Below, piece after piece: positions 13,373-26,330 of a stretch of 64,000 nt of DNA. The DNA comes from Octopus bimaculoides (taxonomy: Eukaryota), in the NCBI RefSeq assembly GCF_001194135.2, contig NC_068981.1, positions 150,242,327 to 150,306,326 of the forward strand, written 5' to 3'. Within the stretch, counting starts at the first letter, position 1, and every line of letters starts with the position of its first letter. The position numbers and the translations under genes were made by a program. Under the pieces are notes generated by a model. That model was not told the origin of the DNA. It saw only the letters and a program-made list of their open reading frames with translations, and did no database searches.

Positions 13373-13755
13373 TATTTTGGAGCGTGTTAGTGTTACATTT
13401 TGAGAGTTTCTGCAAAAAGCAGCCTTGTACTTAACATGGCAATATAAAACTGGAACAGTTAAGTTAATATTTCCATATTTAATACAGAGCATCAAACAAT
13501 TATACTAGAAAAAGAATTGCGCTCTGAGACACAAAAGAGAATATTAGTTAATAACTAACCTTATTTTGAGCCTTTTGCTAAACACAAGGGACAACTCCAG
13601 ATTTGTTTTGATATTGTTAGTTTTTCTGAGCGAAGAGTAAACTTCACCGTATTTATCGAATAATGAAAGAATCACTAAGTACAAGGTGCATTCCAGAAGT
13701 TTGAGATTTTTCCACACGAGACATGTATTAATTTCGAAGAAGTATGAAACACTAA

Positions 13756-14070
13756 TCAATTAAAAGCTACAGGGAATTAGGTCTGTATTATAGGGAGGGA
13801 AAGAGGGAAAGAGACAAATTTGATACCCATCTCTGTCAACTAGTTGTTTACCAGGCTGGAATCGTGGACCTGTTCATTGCTCTGATGCAAGTGCCCCGGC
13901 CTTTTGTGACAAAATTTCTTCCTAAAAACCCTCAATACATGTACAAAGTACAGGATGTTGATCGTCTGGCCAATGAGAACCCGATGTATGCAGATGATAG
14001 CTTTGCAGTCGAAAATGGGGTTAATCGTAAGACACCCGGTGGACTTGCTTTGTCAGGTTTCTTAGAATAG
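13756..14070 (+). pseudogene. Possible degenerate non-LTR reverse transcriptase fragment (YADD)
   Basis: Stop-free frame of about 104 codons containing ...GIVDLFIALMQ...PMYADDSFAVE...LALSGFLE*, in the LF...YADD order of RT motifs B'/C. Alternative reading: a host exon using the gtttaccag| acceptor at 13854. Confidence 0.35.
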
Positions 14071-14693
14071 CGTAAAACAGATGATCGATGCATAGAAGTT
14101 AACCTATAAGTAGTCTAGTGCATTTTACAAGTTTCTGTAGTGATTTTGTCCAGTTTAACAAAAAACTTTATCGCATAGCGAGCTTCCAAATTGTCTCTAT
14201 GTCCCGACTGCATTCTGCAAACTAGTCAGCTGTGACAAGCAGTGATTAGTAGGGTGTGTTCAAAGTGTTGTTAGAGCCGTCTCCTCCAGTCTAGAATGAG
14301 AAAAGTTAGGAGGTCCTCTTATTAAATATATAGTAATGATATACTAACATTACAATAATCTAGGATGGTTTTGAGAGACTCTACTGAAAGAGTTTCAAAA
14401 CATCTGGAATACACTTCATAAATGTACAATACTGTACACTTGTAGAACACAAGAGAATTATTCAGACAATTAATTGCTTAGAAGAAGTCATCCACTTGAA
14501 AACAAATGTAGTTAACACATTTAATGCATCGAGCAACATTTTATAAATTTTATTGACTGTTGAGAACGCTAATTTAAAATTGTTTCTATTTCCAGTCTAA
14601 GTAAATTATTTTACGTATTTAGAGTTTGGTATTTAAGACCAAAATAGCTGGGCCGATTTTTAACTAGCTATAACAAACCACTCTACAGATGCC

Positions 14694-14900
14694 ATCTTTT
14701 ATCTTTTACGTTTTTCAGTCATTGAACTGAGACCATACTGGAGCCTTGCCTTGAAGAATTTTAGTCGAAAGAATCGACTCCAATACTTTTCATTTATTTT
14801 AAGCCTATCTATCGCTATTTTTCCGAACTGCTAAGTTACAGCGGTGCAAACACACCAACGTCAGTTGTCACTCAGTGTTATGGCAAACACACGTGTGCGC
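14694..14900 (-). mobile_element. 3' part of SINE family B
   Basis: cttttac.tttttcagtcatt..actg..accat.ctggagc...ttgaagaattttagtcgaaagaatcgact...ccgaactgctaagttac matches the reverse complement of the 60463 copy. Confidence 0.6.
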
Positions 14901-14982
14901 GCACATATGTGCATATATGTAACATATGGTATAATGATAAACAGGGCAAATTTTAGCCATTTCTCCGCAGACTGAAAAAAAT

Positions 14983-15040
14983 TATGAACAACCTTAATCG
15001 ATTTTCGAACCTTATTGGGTTCTCATCAGAGGCGTTCACA
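14983..15040 (-). ncRNA. Type-I minimal hammerhead ribozyme, apparently intact
   Basis: - strand: UGUGAACGCCU-CUGAUGA-GAACC(CAAUAA)GGUUC-GAAA-A(UCGA)U-U-A^AGGU(U)GUUCAUA. Complete core, G10.1-C11.1, 5-bp stem II, 2-bp stem III with palindromic UCGA loop, UUA cleavage triplet, about 11-bp stem I with one bulge. Confidence 0.85.
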
Positions 15041-15282
15041 GCATTTTGACAGTCTCCAGAGAAATAAGCAGCCAAACTCTTTATATACTCAGCAAATAGT
15101 TACTCTGTGAAGGAATCTCTAATTTGCATAGCGAAAGTGTTTAATACTATAAATACCAGCGGCCTGTCTTAGTACTCACAGTATCAAGGTATATAATACA
15201 TTCATCGATACATCCATATACGTGCACGCACACACACACACACACACACACATTTATAGATGTAAAATTAATTGTTTTTCTC

Positions 15283-15313
<31 letters not shown>

Positions 15314-15480
15314 NNNNNNNNNNNNNNNNNNNNNNNNNNNNNNNNNNNNNNNNNNNNNNNNNNNNNNNNNNNNNNNNNNNNNNNNNNNNNNNNNNNNNNN
15401 NNNNNNNNNNNNNNNNNNNNNNNNNNNNNNNNNNNNNNNNNNNNNNNNNNNNNNNNNNNNNNNNNNNNNNNNNNNNNNNN

Positions 15481-15514
<34 letters not shown>

Positions 15515-15522
15515 TGTGTGTG

Positions 15523-15818
15523 TAGGGCAGCAGACTTTCAGTCATAGGATCACAGTTTCGATTCCCAGATCAGGCTTTGTGAGTGTTTATTGAGAGAAAA
15601 CACCTAAAGTTCCACGAGGCTCCAGCAGGGAGGTGGCGAACCATGCTGTACTCTTTCACCACAACTTTCTCTCACTCTTTCTTCCTGTTTCCGTTTTACC
15701 TGTATTTCAAAGGGCCAGACTTGTCATACGCTGTCAATCTGAATCTCCTCGAGAAGGGTACACTTGTCTGTGGAGTGCTCAGCCACTTCCACGTTAATTT
15801 CACGTAACCGACGGAGTG
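15523..15818 (+). mobile_element. SINE family C copy, 5'-eroded and internally deleted
   Basis: tagggcagcagac...gtttcgattcccaga B-box head; body is the reverse complement of 10254-10643; ends taaccgacggagtgc. Confidence 0.75.
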
Positions 15819-18800
15819 CTGTAGTACATATATACATATATATATATAAAACAGCTTTTCGATTAGTTTCCGTCTTGCAGTCGTGCTCAGGAATATGGGT
15901 CAACGGAAGGGGAAAATGGATGACACCCAAATTTCCGTACAGTTGAATCGAACCATGATCACTTGCTTGAAAGTGAGTGTCTTTAGTACATTCCCTTAAC
16001 AGCTCATATAGGAAATATGGAAATATGACTGGAACAAATTCTCGTTGTAAATGCTACTTAAAGTGTACTTCCTAGTCTCAAAGAAGCAATTATTTTACAT
16101 ATGGTTCTATTAATATTTTATGACAGAGATCATTTATTTCAAGAATGAAAGAAATCGTGTAAAACATGTGTCTGATATATTCGGAAATGGTTTACATGTA
16201 AAACATTGTTTGCAATAAGAAAACAGTTCTGCTGATTTATCAGCTGTTTCAAAGGCAAGATATGTCTGCAGCAGTAAAAATATGTCATAGTTTAGCCTTG
16301 CATTGTCAATTAGACTCTTGTGAACAACCAATTTTACAAGTGATGGTAAACACTGATATCCACTCCATTACAATTGTAATATTAAAACCATTCTACAAGC
16401 ATATATTTATAAATTACAGACAGTCTTGTCGCCATCCATTATTATCACTTCGTGTTCATCTCATATTTGTTTACTTCTGATACTTCTAGATACTCAATGA
16501 ATTAGCATTTCTACATATCTAAAGTATTCCGAAAACTTATTTAAACGCTGTAAGTTATTTTTAATGCTATACTGAATCCGAATTTCAAAACTGACCTTGG
16601 AAATTGATTTACATAACCTCAAAACTAAATATTTGCAATGTTTATTTAATATTATACAGTGATTGGCACCGAGTAGAGAAGCAACAGTTGCTTTTCCCCC
16701 TCCACGCTCTTCTAGTTTTCTGTCTATGAATAAATAGGAATTACTAGATAGCCAATACCCGTTCAGCATAGCTGATATGATGTATTCGTTGGTTTTTCTT
16801 TTAACCTCACCGTCCTTCAATTGGTTTGTTCTGAACAAAAAAATGAAGTTATTTTTATAAAGTATATCTTAAATGTTCCTTGATTAAATTTGTTCGATTA
16901 AGCTTCATTCATTGAAACCATTCAACATTAATCATGTAATTAAGAAATATTTTTGTTGTTTTCTTTATAAACAAGACTATACTTATTGTGTTGTGGAGTT
17001 AAAACTGAATCCTATTCAACCATTTTTATATAAATCTGAGCAATATAATTTTTTAATGATTATTTTGGTTTTCTCACCATTAGATATAGCCTACACAGAA
17101 TTATTTATTTAACTATATCTCAGATTCATACGGACTACAACTCTTGATGTTTGTATAATCACATTGAAATATTTAGAATGAGATTAGGTGCTTATCATGC
17201 GATAAAACCAAATAGGTTAAGAAAATATTTGAATTCAACGCCCAAATTGATGTGGTATCGAGATAATGATCCGGCAAAGCAATGCACAGCAAAGAAGAAT
17301 CGTAGTGAGAAGGGGATAAATTTACCTTTTTTACCTTAATGTTAGTTAAATCATATTAGGTTAATTTTGAAGTCTAACAAATATCACCAAGAATCATTAC
17401 AATAATAAGTTACCCGAGCCGCACAAGGGCCACATCAGCTCGCTGAACATGTTAAAAACAGTTGCCAATTCGTTAACAAATCTCATTTATTGTTTTATGT
17501 ACTCCTAGATATACAAAACATGAAAGCGATGAAACAGTCAAGACAATAATTCCTTTGATCGAGGCTACTTTAAAAATATTAACCGTATATTCAAGTACTT
17601 TTATTTCAAAGCAGGAGAAAACTTTTCGACATAAATATATCTCAAAGAACCTATGAACATCTGTTGGTCATTTTATGAGAGCTAATATTATCCTACAGAA
17701 CTAAATCCCGAGAAACAGTCAACCTCATTCCAGAAATAAAAATTGGTCTATTCATCTATAAACATAATGGCTACACCTTACTTTACACTATATCCATTCT
17801 TTGAGTGGCAGCAACAAATACAGATATCGCTTATACACTGTTCAGCAATAAAAGACATGAGCGACTATCCGCAAAATCATTTCATCGATGGCTGATGTCA
17901 TTGATTTTATTTCTCAAGATGGAGTAATATTATAACATAAAATATGGAATTGCATGCATAAATATACATAAATGGAGCTAAATATATGTCAAGATAAATA
18001 AATGCTTTTGGATTTATGAACTTATTTACGTAAAGATATAAAGCAACAGAAGTGGTTCAGACAATACAATGTTCAAATTTCCCCGGAGTCCACTTTACTT
18101 TTCCTCCGCCTATAAAAGACGCAATGTCAAAGTACACCAGTCCAGTTTTCATATGGATGAGTGTGTGTATGCGAGTCTTTGTCCATCCCTCTAACTCTCT
18201 TTCTCTCTCTCTCTCTCACACACACACATACATGCACGTATACGTACATACAAACATGTGGATATACACATCCATTCACCCACCCCCACCACCACCACAC
18301 ACACACATTACCTGTAGTATAGTAAACAGAGTATATTTACAGAGCTCAATACATGTAAATATTTTATTTCAATTTATTTCTTGTAAAGCGAGTACATACA
18401 TGTACGCGCGCGTGTGTGTACGTGTGCATGTGTGCATGTATGTGTGTGTGTGTGTGTGTGTGAAAAGCCTCCACTTGAATTAATTTGTCTGGTGAACGAT
18501 TGCGGTTATCACAACCGCATCAACCTTTCTTCGAAAATGTTTGTCGTCAGCTACAGTGGAATACCGAAGATCCAGACAACTGGCATTCGCTTGAACATGC
18601 ACCTGTTAAACAGGCTCTGCCTTCATTTGCTATCATTTTGAAACCCTTCCTCGAAAATTGTAGGAAATTACGAAAATTTTCGACAATCCTCTCTCTAGAG
18701 GTATAGATTAGTACCAAGATGGTACAAGATTAAACCTATGAAAAACGGTTACGTGAAAGTGGTGCTTTTCGGCATCAATATGATATAATAAAATAAAATA

Positions 18801-19247
18801 AAATTATATATATATATATGTATATAGTGTCTTATCTACTGAAAATGGGGTAGAAAAATTACGACCTGCATCACTCCTATGAAGGCAGAAATATGTGTCG
18901 AATACTTCCCGCCTTTGTTTTCAAACAATTAGTCCATCTTTTCCCTAATACTATGTCACTTTTAGAGCACTATTGATGCTGAAGTGTGTATTCCCTTCTC
19001 TCTCGATTTTTCTACTGTGTATAGGCGGAGATCGTTTCAATAAAACCACAATATATCTTATAACTTTATTTACTATCCTTTTTTTCGTCTCTGTCTTTCG
19101 AATGCATGCCAATGGCAGCTGCAAGTCATTGATCTTAACTTATTCCGTTGTGTTTTCTCGTAACTCTCTCTCTCTCACCGTGTCTCTCTGTCTCTTCTCC
19201 CTCTATCTCTCTCCCCATCTCTCTCTTTCTATATATATATACATGTA

Positions 19248-19290
<43 letters not shown>

Positions 19291-19320
19291 NNNNNNNNNN
19301 GGAGGCATATATATAGAGAG

Positions 19321-19496
19321 ATAGATAGATAGATAGATAGATGGATAGAGAGAGAGAGAGATAGAGAAATAGATAGATAGATGGATAGAGAGAGAGAGAG
19401 ATAGAGAGATAGATAGATAGATGGATAGAGAGAGAGAGAGATAGAGAGATAGATAGAGAGATGGATAGAGAGAGAGATATATAGAGAGATAGATAG
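19321..19496. repeat. Compound (AGAT)/(AG) microsatellite with 40-bp higher-order period
   Basis: atggatagag-agagagagag-atagagagat-agatagatag recurs at 19341, 19381, 19421 and 19461. Confidence 0.85.
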
Positions 19497-19675
19497 GTAA
19501 GCTCAGCTAAACAGCGTTTCGGCATAAAGAGGCCCAGGTCTTGCCTAGATTAATGCATACACACACGCACGCGTGCGCACACACACACACACTCACAAAT
19601 AGTGATATATATATATTTTATATTGGTATACATACATATATATATAATATGCAAATGTATATAAGCATATGTATA

Positions 19676-19735
<60 letters not shown>

Positions 19736-20399
19736 CATAATTATCTTACAACACGCGCACTAATATATACACATGTATCATACAAGATACGGATACATGC
19801 TCACAAATACATGAATGTAGCCACACACACACTCACTCACAGATACTCAAACACACACACACATATAAGGTTTCTATTTTGTTAATATGTTTTTATATTT
19901 TGCTGGAGATTTGATAATGATAAAATGATAATTGTATTACATATTTGCCTCTGGGTTTCAACCCGACATTTCCTAGTGTCGATATCTGATGCTTTATATA
20001 TCTCTATAATACTATAAACGACTAGTTATTGGTTTGTTTTCTTCTGTATTCTGCCAATATTAATCTTCTCTATGTGCACGTTTATGTATGCATGTGTAAA
20101 TGTATTTATTTGTGTTTGTGTGTGTATGTGTGCGCATGTGTGTGCTTGTGTGAGGTGTGTTTATTTAAAACGTGCGCATAAATATATGATCGTCTGTTGG
20201 AAAATTGGCGCCTATACGCTGTGATATGAAATACTATATCCCTGTATCATTTATATGTTGTTTAGTATAAACTCTACACCACTGCACGATTCTTGGTGCG
20301 AAGGTTGTATCTTTAAAAGAGAGATTCTTATGAGAAATATTAATAAAAAATGTGTTTACATATAAGTATGAAGTTACGTAGAGTAGAGAAGAATAGAGT

Positions 20400-20450
<51 letters not shown>

Positions 20451-20603
20451 NNNNNNNNNNNNNNNNNNNNNNNNNNNNNNNNNNNNNNNNNNNNNNNNNN
20501 NNNNNNNNNNNNNNNNNNNNNNNNNNNNNNNNNNNNNNNNNNNNNNNNNNNNNNNNNNNNNNNNNNNNNNNNNNNNNNNNNNNNNNNNNNNNNNNNNNNN
20601 NNN

Positions 20604-20647
<44 letters not shown>

Positions 20648-21728
20648 AGAGGGAGAGAAAGAGATTGAGTGAAGTGATAGATATATAGATAAATAGAGGG
20701 ATAAATAGCTAGACAGATAGATATATGCACATACACATTGATTATGTATATATATATATATATATTACCATAGGAAGAAAATTTTGTTGATGTTTCTACA
20801 AGGAACGATATGTTATTTTTTTCATTTTGCTTTTTGCAATGTTGCAGGTCATTGCTGACTTCCTTTCAAAGTGTGTCCTTACATATAATGGCTATTCTCT
20901 AACAGTAATATAAGTTTGTTTAAGATAACTAATAACGAGTTCAAAATATTTCGGCCATTTTACATGACTAATTCACTCATATGCAGCATGCAAACATATA
21001 TATTAGATATACACATGTATATATATACATAAGCATACACATAACTGTATACATACGTTCATACAAACAGCAGTTAACACCTTGTTATTCTTATATTAGG
21101 TGAGCTAATTGTATATTTGATGATGTGTGCAAAGATTTGCCAAGATGGAATTAACTAATTAATTGGCTATCAACAGCTATTCACTATTCGTAGCTAACGA
21201 CGCGTGAAAACGCAGAAAAATGTCCGTCCTATAGTTCAATGACGTAATTCATATCCTAATTGTGTGGTTTACACACATATTTTCTATAAGGAGAAATTTC
21301 TCTCGAGAAAATTTCCGCATCCGAATGTATACGAACATGTTAAATAATAATGCACGCACCTATATTTCATTCAGTATTGCTTAGTGTGTCTTTAATTGAT
21401 TCTAGGTTGACAAACATTTACCCACATTGGCATTCCATGCTTTTAGAATGCAAGCCGGCGGGGCTCGCTCTGAGCACTCTAATTTAATGTTCTAATACAA
21501 GAATGACAAGATCTTATTTCCTATCGAAAATGACTCGGTGTCAGCACTAGACGACGCGAAACAACGCAGAAATATAATCATTCTACGATCCGATGAAGTT
21601 CTTCGTAGCACATGGGTGTATTTTTCTTGCATATATTGTCTATAATTAGAATTTTTACGTTGACATAATCTCTGCAGTACGTGCCTTCCCGTATTGAAGA
21701 GTAATTGAAGAAGTCAAATATGAATATG

Positions 21729-21787
<59 letters not shown>

Positions 21788-22620
21788 GTGAATTGCATTA
21801 AAACAAATTTATAGGGTGAGAATGGCCTCGAAGATATAAAAGAATACATGTACCATATTACAATATAATATAGGATGGTATACAAGTTTTAGACATTTAA
21901 AAACCAAATCAAACTAGCATTTAGATAACTGAACAGACAGATATCGTCTATTCTTCGAAAATATCGGATATTATGCAAAATATAATAACCCATGATGAAA
22001 GCAAGATAATGACGAAGTTGCCGTTATACCCATACATCTCCTATCGACACCAGTTCAGTAGAGTTATGAAAACAAGATAAATACATGTAAAGATAAAAAA
22101 TGAAACAAATAAAGCACAAACGAATAAACTTTTATTAACAGACGGACGCTTGCCATTCTGCAGATGATGGTCCTCGCACATTCACGCGCACACCCATTTA
22201 TCTGTCATCACCATAAATTCAATTTCAGTGCATTTGGCAGACCAATAACTAATAAAATTAAATGGGGAAAAAAAAAACGGATAAGCAAAATCGCACATCA
22301 CAAACACACAGAAATACTTAGAGATATTCAGAAACACAATGTTGTTCCTCTACCAGAAAAGTCTACGGAGGCATGAAACACACGAAATAAACACATACTC
22401 ATATACATACTTGTACGTTTACATACAAAAAAAAAACCCCACTGCAATCACAAACACAAATATTTAATGACAAAATACCAAGAAAACCGTCTGTGAAACC
22501 CATTGGGGAAACTACAGACGATTAGTGAAAGATTATACAAAAATCTATCAATTAATAACAAAATGAACATCAATCGGTGTTTATGCTTTATTGACAAAAC
22601 ACTATTTCTTCGTCTCTTTT

Positions 22621-22667
<47 letters not shown>

Positions 22668-22687
22668 NNNNNNNNNNCGTCTCTTTT

Positions 22688-22746
<59 letters not shown>

Positions 22747-23427
22747 CCATATATTCATATACATACACATGTATACACACACAAACATATGTATGCGTAT
22801 GTACGCACGTCCACACAGAAGAAATGAAGTTGAAGCTTCTTTAATTTGTATTAACATTTTCTGAACCGGTTTCACAACCTCAGTATAGTCATGACGTTTT
22901 TTTCAAATCAAATTATGATATAGGCAGTTCTCTTTATATCAAGTTACATGACTAAAGAAAAGTGGGGTAAAATGTTCCAAAACAAATATTAGTTAATTGC
23001 CATAGAAGAGTTGTTGTCTAATGTATGCATTGGCTTAATCGTTTGTTTTTGTTTTGTTTTTGTTTTTTTGCTTGTTTGTTTGTTTGTTTTTTGTAGATGT
23101 TATATTTGATAAGTTGGTAGCTGTTATGTTTCCCAACTGAATACATGAAACAATAAATAAATGAATAGATAAATAAATAAATAAATAAATACGAAGCTGA
23201 AAATGCACATGAATTCCTTTATCTTATAATACATTTTTCTGTTTTATCGTGCTGCATCACCTAAATAATAGTCACAATCAATATAGGCACAGTTTATATT
23301 AATAAATATATTTTGTTAACCGACAAAATTGTGTACCGCAAAACAGCTTATCAAATCCTTTGCCTTCCTGGCCTTCACCATAATCCATAAACATACAACT
23401 GGATATTATAACACTTTTCCCTATATA

Positions 23428-24719
23428 TCAGGTTGAGTAAAAAGTAAGCAACGTTTTGAACCATGATGAATTTGTACTGGATTTTTGCAGAGTTTTGAAA
23501 TTATTGGTACATTTTTTTGCAATTGTCTGATAATATAGATATAGACTTGCCCAAATGTATCAATAAATTAACATTGATGTTGTTTTCACCATTGTTACAA
23601 TCATCTGAAATGGAACTGTCGAAGCGCAATATTCGAGCTATTCAACTATTCAACTTCAAAAAAGGACGCAAAGCCGTTGAAACTGCTCGCAATGTCAACG
23701 AAACGTCTGGTGAGGAAATGACCAGTGAGTGTTCAGCTCGAAAATGGTTTAAACAATTTCGCAGTGGAGTCCTGAGCCTTGAAGATCGTAAGCGTAGTGG
23801 ACGATCATCTGTCATCGATGACGGTCAGTTAAAGACCGTCATTGAGAAAGATCCACGTAAAACCACTTGAGAAATGGCAAAAAAGAACTTAAAGTTAGCC
23901 AGAAAACTGCCTGCAACCATTTGCATGCGATCAGAAAATTTAAAAAAAAAAGCTCGACAAATTGGTACCCCACCATTTGAATGAAAATCAGAAAATGCGC
24001 AGATATGAAATTTGCACGTCGCTTCATCTCCGTAACCAGACCGATCCATTTCTCGACTGTACTGTAACTTTCAATGGAAAGTGGATTCTGTACAATAACA
24101 AAAAACGTTCTTTACAGTGTTTGGACCAAAATGAAGCATTGAAAACTTTCCTTAAACTCGAGCTCTTCAAAAAAGAAGTTTATGGTGAATTTTTAGTGGT
24201 GTACTGCTGGACCCATCCACTATAACTTCTTAAAACTCATAAAAATATTACTGCAGAAACATATTGCCATAAAATTGCCAACATGAACAAAAAGCTGCTA
24301 CTCCTCTGTCCCAGAGGGGTCAACAGAAGAGGGCCAATCATTCTTCATGACAATGCTTGACCACATGTTTCACTAATGACTTTCCAGGAATTGAGGGAAC
24401 TTGGCTACAAAGTTCTTCCCCACACGGCTTATTCTCCAGACCTTTCTCCTACCAATCACTACTTTTTCAAGCATCATGATGCTTTCTTGTGAGAGAAGGA
24501 GTTCAAAAATCAAACCGATCCTGAAAATCCATTCAAAGAGTTCATCAGCTCCAGAACTCCAGATATTTATGTTCCTGGAATAAACAAACTTGTAACTCAT
24601 TAGCAAAAATGTGTTGATTGTAATGGTACTTAGTTTGATGAATAAAATTTCTCCATTCTTAAAATATACTGTGATGAATTTCATGTTTCAAAACGTTGCT
24701 TACTTTTTACTCAGTCTGA
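23428..24719 (+). mobile_element. Full-length mariner (DD34D, cecropia/Hsmar1-like) transposon, 1292 bp
   Basis: TIRs TCAGGTTGAGTAAAAAGTAAGCAACGTTTTGAA (23428-23460) and TTCAAAACGTTGCTTACTTTTTACTCAGTCTGA (ending 24719); TA TSD at 23426-27 and 24720-21. Confidence 0.95.
23610..24645 (+). pseudogene. Disrupted mariner transposase
   Basis: MELSKRNIRAIQLFNFKKGRKAVETARN...WFKQFRSG...RSGR (HTH), WYPHHL (WVPHEL-like), TFNGKW, ILHDNA, YSPDLSPTNHYFF, QKCVDCNGT*FDE*; several stops and frameshifts (first TGA at 23868). Confidence 0.93.
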
Positions 24720-25008
24720 TACATAAATGTCCTTAGATTTGGAATGAGATGGGAATTTTTTATGTAAATAAAGTAAAATGACCTAATTTGGAATATTCCA
24801 AAAATGCAGAATAAAAGCAAAATGAATGCTTTAGAATGTGTAGAAACCATATCCGATTTCGAAACAATTTAGTTGTTACTTTACGCTACATTAGATCGAG
24901 CTAAAGTATGATTCGGAGCATACCAATAATAACTATTTTCTCGTTTAAGGAGTATAAAAGATTGCATTAAATAATATATCGCTGTTTCTCTGGAGACTGT
25001 TAGAATGA

Positions 25009-25065
25009 TGTGGACGCCTCTGATGAAAATCCAATAAGGTCCGAAAATTGAATAAGGTTGTTCGT
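25009..25065 (+). ncRNA. Degenerate copy of the 14983-15040 hammerhead, probably inactive
   Basis: UGUGGACGCCU-CUGAUGA-AAAUC(CAAUAA)GGUCC-GAAA-A(UUGA)A-U-A-AGGU(U)GUUCGU. Core intact, but G10.1-C11.1 and the second stem III pair are lost. Flanks 24985-25126 match 14921-15066 in reverse complement. Confidence 0.7.
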
Positions 25066-25135
25066 CATTTTTTTTTAAGTCTGCGGAGGAATGGCTAAAA
25101 TTTGCCGTTTAGAATTATACCATGCGTTATACACA

Positions 25136-25197
<62 letters not shown>

Positions 25198-26061
25198 NNN
25201 NNNNNNNNNNNNNNNNNNNNNNNNNNNNNNNNNNNNNNNNNNNNNNNNNNNNNNNNNNNNNNNNNNNNNNNNNNNNNNNNNNNNNNNNNNNNNNNNNNNN
25301 NNNNNNNNNNNNNNNNNNNNNNNNNNNNNNNNNNNNNNNNNNNNNNNNNNNNNNNNNNNNNNNNNNNNNNNNNNNNNNNNNNNNNNNNNNNNNNNNNNNN
25401 NNNNNNNNNNNNNNNNNNNNNNNNNNNNNNNNNNNNNNNNNNNNNNNNNNNNNNNNNNNNNNNNNNNNNNNNNNNNNNNNNNNNNNNNNNNNNNNNNNNN
25501 NNNNNNNNNNNNNNNNNNNNNNNNNNNNNNNNNNNNNNNNNNNNNNNNNNNNNNNNNNNNNNNNNNNNNNNNNNNNNNNNNNNNNNNNNNNNNNNNNNNN
25601 NNNNNNNNNNNNNNNNNNNNNNNNNNNNNNNNNNNNNNNNNNNNNNNNNNNNNNNNNNNNNNNNNNNNNNNNNNNNNNNNNNNNNNNNNNNNNNNNNNNN
25701 NNNNNNNNNNNNNNNNNNNNNNNNNNNNNNNNNNNNNNNNNNNNNNNNNNNNNNNNNNNNNNNNNNNNNNNNNNNNNNNNNNNNNNNNNNNNNNNNNNNN
25801 NNNNNNNNNNNNNNNNNNNNNNNNNNNNNNNNNNNNNNNNNNNNNNNNNNNNNNNNNNNNNNNNNNNNNNNNNNNNNNNNNNNNNNNNNNNNNNNNNNNN
25901 NNNNNNNNNNNNNNNNNNNNNNNNNNNNNNNNNNNNNNNNNNNNNNNNNNNNNNNNNNNNNNNNNNGTAGTTAGTAGCAGATCTAACAGAATATTTAATA
26001 TGAAGGATAAGAGTTCTTGATTTTAATTGTTTAAGCAGCAGTAGCCGAGGAAGGAGGCGAT

Positions 26062-26133
26062 GAAGAAGAAGAGGAGGAAGAAGAAGAAGAAGAAGAAGAA
26101 GAAGAAGAAGAAGAAGAAGAAGAAGAAGAGGAG
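26062..26133. repeat. (GAA)n trinucleotide microsatellite
   Basis: Direct reading. Confidence 0.95.
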
Positions 26134-26330
26134 AGTAGGAAAAGAAGAAAAAGAGTTCGAAAATACGGGAGTGGTATGACAGTAGTAGGATATTAGTGGA
26201 ATCCTCTTAAATGGCCAAGTGACCTAAAAATGACTTGTTGTGGTCATAATAGTAGTAATTGGAATTGTTCTTAATAAACTCATGAGTAGTAACTGTCCTG
26301 AACATATCGTTTTAAATTTTTGCGAGGGTA

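Noticed and set aside
20850-20905. Possible mini-exon VIADFLSKCVLTYNGYSLT after ttgcag|
   Set aside because: Weak donor and no homology evidence; indistinguishable from chance
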